NCBI GenBank assembly: GCA_951406725.2
Contig: OX597826.1
Span: forward strand, 42,284,001 to 42,348,000
From: Octopus vulgaris
Taxonomy: Eukaryota
Direction of reading: 5' to 3'
Length of the DNA stretch: 64,000 nucleotides
Part shown: positions 1-13,828 of the stretch, piece by piece
Layout of the letters: the number at the start of each line of letters is the position of its first letter
Numbering within the stretch: position 1 is the stretch's first letter
Translations under genes and position numbers: made by a program
Notes under the pieces: generated by a model
What the model was told of the DNA's origin: nothing
What the model saw: the letters and a program-made list of their open reading frames with translations, nothing else
Databases searched by the model: none

Positions 1-375
1 GAAATGCTTAGCGGTGTTTCGTCTGCCATTACGTTCTGAGTTCAAATTCCGCCGAGGTCGACTTTGCCTTTCATCCTTTCGAAGTCGATAAATTAAGTAC
101 CAGTTACGCACTAGGGTTGATGTTATCGACTTAACTCCTTTATCTGTCCTTGTTTGTCTCCTCTATGTTTGGCCCCTTGTGGGCAACAAAGAAATAAGAA
201 ACGTAAGCACGTCGGTCGAAATGCTTAGCGGTGTTTCGTCTGAAATTACGTTCTGAGTTCAAATTCCGCCGAGGTCGACTTTGCCTTTCATCCTTTCGAA
301 GTCGATAAATTAAGTACCAGTTGCGTACTGGTGTCCATCTAATCGACTGGCCCCCTCCCCAAAAATGTCGGGCCT
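1..375 (+). mobile_element. Two tandem partial copies of SINE family C (tRNA-like head, Nin/Meta-like central domain)
   Basis: Repeated gagttcaaattccgccgaggtcgactttgcctttcatcctttcg...gataaattaagtaccag, near-identical to the copies at 2773, 46573 and 56283. Confidence 0.8.
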
Positions 376-1063
376 TTTACTTGCTTCTGTCATTTTGACT
401 GCGGCCATGGTAGAACACCGCCTTTAACGAAGAAATCGAGCCCAGGACTTATTCTTTGTAAGCCTAGTACTTATTCCATCGTATCTTTTGCCGAACTGCT
501 AAGTTACGGGGTCGTAAACACACCAACATTGGTTGTCAAACGATGGAGTGGGTACAAACACAGACACTCAAATATGTGCAATATTCTTTAAGTTTTTCTT
601 TTATCCGTTCCAGGCATTGGCTTGCGGCCATGCTGGGGTGCCGCCTTGAAGGGCTAAATCAGACATATTGACCCATGTACATTTTTTTTTTCGAAGCCTG
701 GTACTTATTCTATCGGCTTCTTTTACAGAACCGCTAAGTTACGAGGATGTAATCAAACTAACACCGGTATGTTGGGGACAATCACAAATACAAAGACACT
801 GTGACACACACCCGCACACATAAATATAGATATACCATGAGCTTTCACATAGTTTCCATTTACCAATTCTCTCACAAGGCATTGGACTGTCCGGGATTAT
901 AGTAAAAAGCACATGCACATGGTGTCACACATTAGGACAGAACACAAAATCACAAAGGCGGCGAGTTGGCAGAAACGTTAGCACGCCGGGCGAAATGCTT
1001 TGCGGTATTTAGTCTGCCGTTATGTTCAAATTCCGCCGAGGTCGACTTTGCTTTTCATCCTTT

Positions 1064-1303
1064 CTGTGCCGTATGTGTTCCACCCAGCTGGACGGGACGT
1101 CAATCCATCGCAGCGTAACTAAAGAAACAGGAAGAGAGAGTGAGAGAAAGTTGTGGCGAAAGAGTACAACAGGGGTCACCACCACCCCCTGCCCTAGCCT
1201 CGTGGAGCTTTTAGGTATTTTCGCTCAATAAACACACACAACGCCCGGTCTGGGAATCGAAACCGTGATCCTCCGACCTAACCACTGGGCCATTGCGCCT
1301 CCA
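1064..1303 (-). mobile_element. SINE family A, partial or variant copy
   Basis: Reverse complement of the ggaggcgcaatggcccagtggttag head and body shared with 12846 and 15725. Confidence 0.75.
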
Positions 1304-1465
1304 CAGCTATTTGTAACACACACTAATATTAGTATTTACTTTATTTTTGGTGAACTTCTTTTCTTCTTCAATCCTAGTACTCTTTAGGCCAGTCCATCAA
1401 TTTCCATGGCGTACAAGTGACCGAGATCACAATATTCTCACATACAGGATGCCAGTCGCGAATTT

Positions 1466-2288
1466 TTTCCTCACGAGAGTTCCGGACCCCAGTAATGAAC
1501 TCATTTGCATACAGCCAATCAGAGCTCACCTTCACCTTGTTATCAAGTTAACAAACACACTCTACCAAATAAGCTCAAGACGAATAACGGTGTTGTAAGT
1601 CGACCGATCGCCAAGTTATGCCTGATTTTAGTAATTAGATAGATTTGCATCTATACTTATTATCGGATTTTGTTAGGGCCCCATATGGTAAAGATGTAGA
1701 TGGGAGAAATGTGGGTAGAGGGTGATGTGCTAGCAACCCTCTCCCCTTATTTTTTTACAAAGTAAACAACAACACAAATAATTACGCAGAGACAGCCATG
1801 GTTGAAACAAGAACAAGAACAACAAGCATTTTTAAAAGTGAAAAGAAGCATGGTCATTCCTTAACCAAGTGACCTTATCGTATCGCTTGACTGGGTGCAA
1901 ATGATCAAACTTTAAACCTCTATAACTTTTTTAAAACATTTTTCTGGAAAAAATGAAATAACTCCAGCAATTCAGTTTGGGCAAATGTATTATTGTGCCA
2001 ACGTCGGAGTAACCAGTGAACATCGAAGGATCAACACCAAGAAAGAATAAATATTATTTACATATATTTATTCCTTTTTGCCTGACAGGTAGTTAGAGAC
2101 AGTAGTACTTGTAGTGATAGCGAAATGTTTTTGGATAGTGACAAAAAGGTTGCTGTCTGCCAGTAGAGGGAAAAAGAGTAAGGAATGCATGGTGCTAACT
2201 GGAAAGGAAGAAAGGATAAAGGTGGCTCTGCTCTGATTGGCTGTATGCAAATGAGTTCATTACTGGGATCCGGAACTCTCGTAGGAAA
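1466..2288. mobile_element. Putative non-autonomous DNA element with ~55-bp inverted arms
   Basis: acgagagttccggaccccagtaatgaactcatttgcatacagccaatcagagc (about 1473-1525) recurs as a near-perfect reverse complement at about 2230-2282. Confidence 0.55.
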
Positions 2289-2772
2289 GCATTTTTCGTA
2301 TGCAGGTCCGTTGCAAGATTCAAGGCCTGTAATTTTGAGAGGAGGGTACAAGTCGATTACATAGACCCCAGGACTTGACTAGTAATTTTTTTTATTAACC
2401 ACGATCGAATGAAAGACACATTTGATCTCGGTGAGATTTAATCGCAAACCTTAATGAACTGAAAGAAATACTGCTAAGCCATAAGTCCGATTCTGCCAGT
2501 TCACCGACTCTTTAAATGATTTTGTGTATAGCCAAGTACGTTAGTGTGATACTGGTGCAAGCCATAAATTCTTTTACGAATATCATACATCTTACCCGTG
2601 CACAGGTGTTGCTTCTAAACATAGATGTTATACTACAGTTCATTAACAACCACTAATCATAGATTTGCGCTGCTTAGGATAGATGTGTGCTGTTTTAGGT
2701 TTCACCAAATATAAACCTTGATCGGTAACTACAGGGTTTCAAAAACCTTCGGACTGACGGTACTGTTGAAAG

Positions 2773-3009
2773 AGGCAAGGCGGCGAACTGGCAGAAGCGT
2801 TAGCACGCCGGGTGAAATGCTCTGCAGTATTTCGTCTGCCGTTACGTTGTGAGTTCAAATTCCGCCGAGGTCGACTTTGCCTTTCATCCTTTCGGGGTCG
2901 ATAAATTAAGCACCAGTTACGCACTGGGGTCGATGTAATCGACTTAATACCTATGTCTGTCCTTGTTTGTCCCCTCTATGTTTAGCCCCTTGTGGGTAAT
3001 AAAGACATA
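2773..3009 (+). mobile_element. Full-length SINE family C
   Basis: Complete head and tail; 14-bp TSD ggtactgttgaaag at 2759-2772 and 3010-3023. Confidence 0.9.
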
Positions 3010-4280
3010 GGTACTGTTGAAAGCGTGCCACATGAACATAAACTTTGGTCGTATTTTGCACACTCGGCTTTATTTGCAGGTGCCAGGGAGGTCAGACTGC
3101 AAAGATCCACATTTACCTCCGTGTTGTTTGTTTTGTGTAATAGGAGCAGTCAACTGTATGGTTAGCTTTATGAAGTTGGTGTCAAGGTAACACCAAATAC
3201 ATTTATCAAATGGTAAAGAAGACTAGTATTTATTGAAGTCATTTCTTTCGTGTCAATCAGAAGGTGAGCTTTTCGTGCCTACATAACATTCTCAAAATGT
3301 TTTAATTAAGAAGTTTTACGTGTGTATAAACAAGAAACATTTATAATACGTTTAAATCTAACTCCATCTATTTATCTATCTATCTATCTTGTGTCTGGGT
3401 AAAGTCATACAGTCTTAATGCCTTTTAATCTAACACACTCACTGTTTCAATTTCCACGAATTTTTTTTTTTCCAAAATAGATGTTGAGACTCAAGATCCA
3501 TTGACAAGGTTGCAAGAGCAACGAAAATTTTGGAAGAAAAAAAAATAATAGATGAGTGGAAATTGAAATAGTGTATAAGATTATAGCCATTAAAACAGTA
3601 TGGCTCTCTCCAGACACAACAAAATTTGCTTCAACACACGAATTCACATTAAGACTTTTGCAAACCAGATACAAAAACGAAATATCTATCTATTGATATT
3701 TATCGATATGAGAGTCGTCGCCGTCGTCGTCGTCGTCATGTACCGGACACCTGCAGCGCATTGATGATACTAACACATACGCCAACACGTTTCAAAATTT
3801 CGACACCATTAATATTTATTTTTTTGTAGAGGCATATATAAACAAATAAGCAAACATTAAATTAAAGAATAACACAGTATCTTTCGTATTTATTTTATTT
3901 TTACAAATAAGTGTGATATTGAAATATATGTGCATGTGTTTATGTATGTGTATGTGTATGTGTATGTATGTATGTGAGTATATAATATACATTTAAAATA
4001 TGTATGTATATGTGTGTGTGCGTATATATATTTGTGTATGTGTGTCTATGTGACTGTATGTCTGTGTGTGTGTGTGATGTACACACACTCACCCTTACAT
4101 GCACACAGAGATATAGTGATAGAAGTATCTGGTGCATGTATTATATTAAAAGCTTCGGACGGAACATATCATCAATCATAAGATAAAATATTCAGAGAAA
4201 TATGATTATAAATAAGCATTAGAATTATAATTTGCGATAAAAAATGGAAATTATCAGCAGAGTAGCAGAATAGATGATCA

Positions 4281-4603
4281 TACGTGGTTTGATCAATATG
4301 TATCCGGACTTTTGCTATAATAATGAAACTAAAGCACGGCAAGTGAAGTCGCCTGGCACAAATTAACCTTGAACTCTGCTTTTTCTTTTTTTTCTTTTTT
4401 TTTTATTTGTTTCAGTCATTTGACTGCGGCCATGCTGGAGCACCACCTTTAGTCGAGCAAATCGACCCCAGGACTTATTCTTTGTAAGCCTAGTACTTAT
4501 TCTATCGGTCTCTTTTGCCGAACCGCTAAGATACGGGGACGTACACACACCAGCATTGGTTGTGAAGCGATGTTGGGGGGACAAACACAGACACACAGAC
4601 ACA

Positions 4604-4657
<54 letters not shown>

Positions 4658-4939
4658 CGACGGGCGCGCACTAAATTTTAACGGTCTAGCTCACTTCCGT
4701 TGTTTACAGCAGTGCTTGAAAGGAAGGTGTGTAGAGCGTGATCGTCGCATTGACCATGGCAGAGAAAGTTGAGCAGAGAATCTGCATTAAATTTTGCCAA
4801 AAGCTTGGCGATACCTGCTTAGAGGCCTACGCAAAGTTTTCAAAAAGTTTTCATCGTTCTCGACGCAATCAAGGAGATCTACGTGCTTTAGCTTCGTTAC
4901 TATGGTAACAGTCCGGATACTTATTGATCAGACCGCGTA
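4281..4939 (+). mobile_element. Internally deleted mariner element with a nested SINE B fragment (about 4382-4667, minus strand)
   Basis: TA-bounded ~55-bp imperfect TIRs (tacgtggtttgatcaatatgtatccggac / gtccggatacttattgatcagaccgcgta). MAEKVEQRICIKFCQKLGDT at about 4756 resembles a mariner transposase N-terminus. Confidence 0.8.
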
Positions 4940-4964
4940 CAATCCAGGATATATGATGCAAGGC

Positions 4965-5146
<182 letters not shown>

Positions 5147-5557
5147 GAATTTACAGAAAAACAAAAGACGAAGGCAAGTGTATAAACAACAAGCAGGTGT
5201 ATTAGTTTGACACTCGGGAAGGTGAGAAAGTCTTTTACGTTTCAAGTCTACGTAGTTCAGCAGAAAGGGACACGAGGAAATAAACAAAGAGAATGAAAAA
5301 ACCTTGTGGATTTAGCGGTCAATCATATATATATGCGCACGCACGTGCTTATTAGTAGTGTATGTATGCATATATATTATATATTATGATACAATATAGT
5401 GAGTATATGTAAGCATATATCAGCCGACAACTAATGAAATGTCGTTCTCTGAGTTACAAGTCCTGTTTTCCCTTTTTCCTTTCATTGTTTGCGTATTTAA
5501 CTAGTTTTCGAACTTCGTGTTGTTTACACAGTTGGTGACGTCCTGTACCCTTATATG

Positions 5558-5611
<54 letters not shown>

Positions 5612-5656
5612 GCACACACACACATATATACATATATACATACATACATATATGTA

Positions 5657-5689
<33 letters not shown>

Positions 5690-5715
5690 CACACACACAC
5701 ACATATATATATATG

Positions 5716-5815
<100 letters not shown>

Positions 5816-6245
5816 GAGACACATGTATACATACATATATGCATACATACATGTACACATGTATACATGCTAACACATAATCAATGATTCAATCAATGTA
5901 TGTGCATAGCTTTGTGTTCACGTGTGTCTCTGTATGTGTTTATATGTATATGTATTTCGTGTTACACTAAGAAGCATTGTACGGTACTAGAATTTTCGAC
6001 TCGAGTCAAATATAACAATCTACTCCAAATCAATGTTAGGGTATCCGCATAAATGGAGTCTGGTCAGGCTTACTTCTACTAGCATCAAGTCGTATAAGCT
6101 GTAATAAAGGAAAGAAACGAAATACTAATATTTTGAAGTTTATATAATAAGGGTGTATTTCCTATTATATATTCCGCAAACTTGAAACATACGTTTTTGA
6201 TGATTTCAAAATATCACTGTTTGGTTTCACTTCACTATTGCAACT

Positions 6246-6277
<32 letters not shown>

Positions 6278-6280
6278 CAT

Positions 6281-6355
<75 letters not shown>

Positions 6356-6553
6356 TGAATGAAGGGGTCGAACGAAGATGTTAACATTCTTTCATTCATT
6401 CATATACAACACACAAATTTCTACACAAGAACCCGGAGTTTCTACCCTTGACAGGTCGCTTCAACCGTGTTTTCTGACGTGAATTTGCTACCCAGCTTTC
6501 GGTTAAACGAATTTTCCATGCTGACGATAAACATAGGATAATTCATTCACCTA

Positions 6554-6626
<73 letters not shown>

Positions 6627-7123
6627 AGCAAATTTTTTGAAAAACGTAGTATTGAAGAAGAAAAAAGCAACTTTCGAGTTTAAACTCTATTATTGAATAT
6701 TTTTCATATTTTCTTATTAATCATTTGGAACAAATCCGTTAATCATACCATCTTCTTAGCACAATCGTCTAAATAATGATAGTAGTGCATTATTGTTGCG
6801 TTTTTTTCCTCAGGAGACGTGAATTGTAACAATTATATTGTAACTAATAATACTATCATCACTCTTTAATAGCAAAATATATAACAAAAACCGAATACAC
6901 ATGAAAGTAACCAAAGAAGTTATCATGGAACAATTTGAAATAAGGGGATGATTATTTTCTCTGTTCCATGATCCCTTGCTGTCATAATGAGACGCTGTAA
7001 TCATTTCATAATGAGATGTATGACAATGATAGACTTAAACTATGATATATTTAGAACAGTTATGATTCCCTCTCCTAAAACAGTTTTAAAACTTCTGAAA
7101 TCTAGCTCGTACATATATATATA

Positions 7124-7277
7124 TATATTATATTAAATTAGAGATAAAACCACTATTAGGCAAATCAAACAGTGAAAAACATAAGCCAATACATAAAATT
7201 AATTTTATGTATTGGCTTATGTTTTTCACTGTTTGATTTGCCTAATAGTGGTTTTATCTCTAATTTAATATAATATA
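7124..7277. repeat. Perfect 154-bp palindrome with no spacer
   Basis: Checked block by block: 7124-7200 is the exact reverse complement of 7201-7277. Embedded in (TA)n. Confidence 0.92.
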
Positions 7278-7404
7278 ATATAATATATTTATACTATAAA
7301 ATTGGATTTAATCCTAAATCTAATTTTTCCCTGTAAGTTTGGATTTATTCCCTAATATTATTATATATATATATATATAAACATATATGTATATATATAT
7401 ACAT

Positions 7405-7465
<61 letters not shown>

Positions 7466-7632
7466 AGTATAGACCAGACTATATCAGATATTGTTATACA
7501 CCGCTAGTCACAATACGCTTTCGCATTGTTTTTAGCTTTCAAATGTCAACTCTCTGGTTAGGCGAGCAGGGCAATACACACACACACATACACATACACA
7601 TGTATATGTATGTATATGTGTGTGTGTGTATG

Positions 7633-7664
<32 letters not shown>

Positions 7665-9275
7665 TGTATGTATTATATATGCAAGCGAGAAACAGAAAGA
7701 GTGTAATTACAATAAGCGCAAGTTTATATAATTTGTCCGTACGTACGTTTCAACATTGTGTTTATATGGAACTCAGCATTGGATGTTCCCAGTGCAATAC
7801 ATACATGTGTGTCCATTGTTCCTTTCTGTTATGGAACTGAGTTGTATTTTGTCATTCATCGAGTTTTGACCGGTTACGATTGCGGGAAAACAAATTTGTT
7901 GGTTTGACTATATGTATAAGTTTTGTGTACAGCTCCAGAGAGTAAGGTACTGATGCGTCTCAGAGTCGCTACATCTTTTGGTGCAAAAAATTGAAAGTGT
8001 TTGCGCTTGGCAGTCGAACTGTAAAACAGTGTGTCAAATAATGCATTAAATATTCAAAGAAGTTTCCAGTACTTCGTACAACAAGGTGGAATTTTAGAAT
8101 TAAGATACCAGAATTGACCAGTAATCTGTAACTAATTAATAACAGAAATAAAACAACTGTTATTCATGTTGAACCCAATATTCAATATTAACATTGCAAT
8201 ACTCCAAAAAAAAATGAAACTTACGAATGATGGCTTATTATATTCCTTCCCTTATTTCAAGTTAACTTCAAATAGGGCAGAACCAATTGGGTAAAAAGCT
8301 GTGATATAATGTGATTATGTGATATTAACTCGAATTTTGTAGTAAGCGACTAGTACGGGTTCCTACCGTGAGCGATTCTCTTTAAAAACTGTTCTAAACG
8401 TCGTTTGAGCAATGTTGATGGAATATTCTCAACATTGTACAAAGAATGTAGTGCTAACGGTTGTACTGGAGAGGATGCCGTACGCGCTTTATAAGGCTTA
8501 TCTCAGTAACCAAGGCTTGTCATGTAATGTATATTTTTTGTAGTCTATCTCTTGCGTACTTCGGTTCAAATAGAAATTTTTTTGGCTGCGGGAGGACATA
8601 GTGGGTAACAGTAATCTGTTTGAAATTGTGAAAATATTGAAAATGGAAGGATTATGTTGTTTTGTTTAGTGGACCAGAAAGTGTGTGTGTGTTCGCGTTC
8701 ATGTGAGTACGTATATGTCTGTTTATACATATACTCATACATATATATATACACTGATATATGTACAAATATGCACACATTTACACACACACACACACAT
8801 AAACATATATACATGCACATACATACGAGTATAACCAGCCGAAATTGCAAAGATAATCTGGAACTCGACTAAGGAAAGAAAACTCCGAATGACCTGTCCT
8901 TGTTTTCTTTGTAATGCCTATCTGGATGTTTTGCGTTCTTGTCCCATTTTGTACTACATGTATACATATATATATATATATATAAAAGTATAAGGGATAC
9001 AACTGGTTAGCGCCACATGCTAGAAGAAGACGCCAAATGGCTCTAAAACTATCTTATTTATCACAAAAACACAGGCTGAAAGCGAGGGAATGTACAAAAG
9101 AAATTTTATAAAAACGTTTAGCCAGAGATCGATTTCTGGTTTAGGTATGACATAACCGAAAGTACATAATTATAAGCATTTATACATACCATACGAACAC
9201 AATGTATCCACAATGCATATACAAATGTTCACATTTATATGCAAGTTGAATCTAGTACGTTCATCTGACCCACGT

Positions 9276-9320
<45 letters not shown>

Positions 9321-9322
<2 letters not shown>

Positions 9323-9535
9323 TCTTACTCTTTTACTCTTTTACTTGTTTCAGTCATTTGACTGCGACCATGCTGGAGCACCGCCTTCAGTCGAGCAAAT
9401 CGACCCCGGGACATATTCTTTGTAAGCCCAGTACTTATTCTATAGGTCTCTTTTGCCGAACCGCTAAGTGACGGGGACGTAAACACACCAGCATCGGTTG
9501 TCAAGCAATGCTAGGGGGAAAACACCGACACACAA

Positions 9536-9619
<84 letters not shown>

Positions 9620-9940
9620 CGACAGGCTTCTTTCAGTTTCCGTCTACCAAATCCACTCACAAGGCATTGGTCGGCCCGGGGCTATAGCAGAAGTCAGACA
9701 TCTGACTGCGGCCACGCTGGAGTACTGCCTTTAGTCGAGCAAATCGACCCCAGGACTTATTCTTTGTAAGCCTAGTACTTATTCTATCGGTATCTTTCGC
9801 CGAACGGCTAAGTTACGGGGACGTAAACACATACAAGCTATAGTAGAAGACACTTGCCCAAGGTGCCACGCAGTGAGACTGAACCCGGAACCATGTGGTT
9901 CGCAAGCAAGCTACTTACCACACAGCCACTCCTGCGCATA
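9321..9940 (-). mobile_element. Compound or nested SINE family B copies
   Basis: Reverse complement of the family B head (gcgcaggagtggctgtgtggtaagtagc) and tail (cagtcaaatgactgaaacaagtaaaaga), with a duplicated internal part. Confidence 0.8.
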
Positions 9941-10942
9941 TACACATATATACATTTCAATACTTATGTCAATATACACATAAAATTTTAAATTAAATCT
10001 GCCTCTGTGTATGAATGAATATGTGTGTTTGAGTATGTGTATGTGAGTGAATCAGAATGTGCGTGTGCCTGTGTATGTATGAGTCGGTATCTCTAATTAT
10101 TGTATGCATGTGTATATTTGAGTGAGTCAGTCAATATGCTTGTACGTGAGTGTGCGTGCACACGAGTCTGTACGTGTGTGTGCGCGCATGTTTGTATCTG
10201 TGTGTGCGCATTTGTGTGCACAAGGGTGTGCACATGCGTATGCGTATGCGTGCGCGTGTGTGTGTGTGTGTGTGTGTGTTAATATTACTGTAACTCTGCC
10301 TTCATTAAGTAGGATTAGGGTATAGCAATACTGATCGCAATCATGAATTTTGTTAAAATATTGCTTTCGATACGATACCGAGATTACCTTCCTGTTTTCT
10401 TTTTATCTATCTTCCTATCGGAAATCAATGCATATTAGTTCATAAATTGTATAAATGAGCAATAACTGAATCTAATTATGGAACTAAAATCATACCGCAA
10501 AATATAACACGGCACAGCTTGCACAGCGATTTCTCTAGACCAGATGTTATCATTGTAATTCCATATCATACTTCACTGCATTTCATTTCACCAACATACT
10601 ACGCTCTATTATACCTCCCATATCAAATCAGAATTTCCTATACCATAATAACCATATTTCACATACCGTACCATTCTGTCATGCCATACACACATTACTA
10701 TAACCTCACCGTACCATGCCTTATTGACTATACCATCCTTGCCCATTCCCCATTTATTATACTTCGTTTCCTCAAAGTTCCATTTTCCCATATTATATTT
10801 TATCTGAATTTATCATACCTCGTTTTGTCATAGTTTATTTGCTACACCACGCTTTATCCCACTTTAATGTATATGCTTATTTATATATATAACTCACTCT
10901 CCATATAAACATGACTGTGTATATGTGTGTGTGTATGTGTGT

Positions 10943-10973
<31 letters not shown>

Positions 10974-11538
10974 AATATATATACACATGCATGCGCAAGT
11001 ATATGTGCACTTACCTTATCTCATTTACTCCCTCTCACTCTACCTCACTTTACTGAATCACTCCTGACCGTATCTTATATCAGTATATCACACTTAACTA
11101 TACTCATTTTACTATATCACACTTCACCTTATCTCATTTTACTACATAACACTTCACCGTACCTCATTTTATCATATCACACTTCAATTTATCTCATTTT
11201 TGTTTTTCTGTAGCTCAGTTCCCTACAAAATCACTGCACAGGGTACCACACCTTTACCTCACAGATACTCACCCATACAACCGGTCATTCTAGCACACAT
11301 TACTTCACTCTGCCACAAACCCTTTCACTCACAACTCTATCGCTCACCTAATCCTACCAATCAGTTTACCTTTAATGCTAACTTCATTCGTTGACTCAGC
11401 TTACTTTACACCTCATTCAACTGCACACCTCACTCTATCATTACGCTCACACTTCTGCGCATTCAGGCTTATCTCACCACATTCTACCAGCATTAAAATC
11501 TAAAATTTAATTCGGCCGACTTAAACCACCCATGTTAT

Positions 11539-11887
11539 GGAATGAGACGATAGGGCGCTGCTGTTTGGACGCTGATGATTTGGCACGGCAGAATGGACAT
11601 TCAAGCTCTTTTAGTGACAGTACAATTTGGCCCTGAAGGTAAACGCACACACACACACACACACACAAACACATACGCATTAAATATACATTTACAAATA
11701 GAGAGAGTGAGAGAGACGTTACATATACATACAAGTATAACTAGATGTTCACATATAAACAGAGAGAAAGAGGTGGAAGAGAGCGATGGAAACATGAAAA
11801 TGGAAGAAACATTAACATGTCTGATGTTAAATAAGTCAACGTCGAATTAGCGAAGCTTAAAAGGCGGCGCCAAAACGTTTCAACCCT
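11539..11887. mobile_element. Old MITE-like element in the putative 3' UTR; diverged second copy at about 24370-24880
   Basis: Both copies start ggaatgagac...gctgtttggacgc and end gaaacatt...atgt(t/c)aaataa...cgtcgaat...cgccaaaac, with loosely inverted ends. Confidence 0.55.
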
Positions 11888-11964
11888 ACCCCCATTTTAA
11901 TTACTTTGTTAAAAACACCAAACGAACCGCCGCTTGTCATGACATATCAGTCATCAATCATCAA

Positions 11965-12126
11965 TCATACCCCTAGATAATATGTCCAGTAAATGAAGCA
12001 AAATAATAGAAATATCAGCGGAAATATAATTCTGGAGTATTTGTCCACTTTTCTTGCATGCTCCTTGCCGTTAGGATCAATTTGGTAAGATATGATAGCA
12101 GAGTCAGTCTGCGAGTATCCATTTGA
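11965..12126 (-). CDS. Cys-loop anion channel terminal coding exon (TM4 and stop)
   Basis: A long pyrimidine tract ends ttttgcag|TCA AAT; SNGYSQ...HARKVDKYSRIIFPLIFLLFCFIYWTYYLGV then TGA. Carries the D-x-x-SR-x-x-FP TM4 motif; phase 0 matches the upstream donor. Confidence 0.95.
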   Translation of the reverse strand, partial: SNGYSQTDSAIISYQIDPNGKEHARKVDKYSRIIFPLIFLLFCFIYWTYYLGV

Positions 12127-12845
12127 CTGCAAAAAAAGAAAAGAGAAGAAAAGAGAAAAAAGAAAAGTCCAAGTCCTGATCCCTAGAGATCTCATAGAAG
12201 GTAAAATAAGGAAATAAATCTCAAGGTTCTACGTTAATGTATGGAAAGATCATAGCGAACAAAACATGACGTTAGTGCTAAACAAGAATAACAAGGTTAA
12301 CGATGCCAAAATCTTCTAATTTTCCGATACATTAACTCAAATGTACATTTTATTTCAATATTCATGACTATGCTACCATTCGATCGGTGTGATTTTTCGA
12401 TCGATTATCAGTCATCGGGTGTCTTATTCCGAGCTTAGTGAATGAGAACATTATTATCCATAGTTTAGAAATAATGGTTTTTCATTCATGTTAATATTCA
12501 GTCTGAGACCATGTAACTTATACACAACCAGGAATAAGATACCCGCTGACGATCGCAGGTATATATAAAGTAATTAAAATGGGGTGGGGTTGAAACGTTT
12601 TGGCGCCGCTTTTTTAGTTGCCTGACACTCTTTAGTAATTCATTTTGATTATTTAATTTTAATCGATGATATATACCTTTACTTGATAGGCCGTTCTATA
12701 TATTTACCGCGATACACTTCAACTCGCAATCGGACCACGGTAGTGAACTCCCGAAATGGCCATAATTCTTGTGGTAATTCTTGTAGTATATATATATGTG
12801 TGTGTGTGTGAGTGTGGGTGTGTGTGTGTGTGTACGTATATATGT

Positions 12846-13226
12846 GGAGGCGCAATGGCCCAGTGGTTAGGGCAGCGGACTCGCGGTCGTAGGATCGCAG
12901 TTTCGATTCCCAGACCGGGCGTTGTGAGTGTTTATTGAGTGAAAACATCTAAAGCTCCACGAGGCTCCGGCAGGGATGGTGGTGATCCCTGCTGTACTCT
13001 TTCACCACAACTTTCTCTCACTCTTACTTCCTGTTTCTGTTGTACCTGTATTTCAAAGGGCCGGCCTTGTCACTCTGTGTGTCACGCTGAATATCCCCGA
13101 GAACTGTGTTAAGGGTACACGTGTCTGTGGAGTGCTCAGCCACTTACACGTTAATTTCACGAGCAGGCTGTTCCGTTGATCGGATCAACCGGAACCCTCG
13201 TCGTCGTAACCGACGGAGTGCTTCCA
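12846..13226 (+). mobile_element. Full-length SINE family A
   Basis: tRNA-like head with A box (tggcccagtgg) and B box (gtttcgattcc); near-identical to the copies at 15725, 23766 and 48503. Confidence 0.9.
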
Positions 13227-13778
13227 CCACGTATATATGTATATATATATATAAACATTCATATATATACAAGTATATACACAGAAATACACATATATAT
13301 ATATGCGTATGTTACAAGTGAAGTATAGAGTTGCTCCCCATTCTTAACATGTAACACGCGTATACACCACTTTTTATTTACAGTAAGTTTATATATATAT
13401 ATATATATGTTTGACTCTATTCTTGCTTTTTTTCCTCTCTCGCCCTTTTGCTTCTATTTCTAGCCTGTCCATTTCTCCGTTTTTTCTCTCTCTTGCCTTC
13501 TGACTTGTATTTGTAACCTTTCTCCTTCCTCTTTCCCCCTTTCTACCTGCTGCTGACACGTGACCCGTGGTCAGCATTTCTTCATCCCCCTCCTCTTTCA
13601 CACCGCAGCCCAGATGTTCGGTCGCAAACAATTTTCACCGTCTTGCTATTTGCTGTTTTCTATATCCTTCAGGATATCTTCTGTTACCTACCATTCTTGT
13701 CCTTTTGGCCCTAATGCCGTATTTTGCTCGTTTCCTATTTATTTCATCTTTGTCCATCATCTTAAATTACATTTTTTT

Positions 13779-13781
13779 GTT

Positions 13782-13828
<47 letters not shown>

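Noticed and set aside
10400-11500. Pyrimidine-rich degenerate pentamer and 30-bp repeats downstream of the stop codon
   Set aside because: Looks like decayed simple-sequence repeat; no defined structure and no locatable poly(A) site.
12846-12920. tRNA-like heads with A and B boxes (also at 15727, 19036, 26927 and 62658)
   Set aside because: No complete cloverleaf or acceptor stem; they continue into SINE bodies with TSDs, so they are not tRNA genes.
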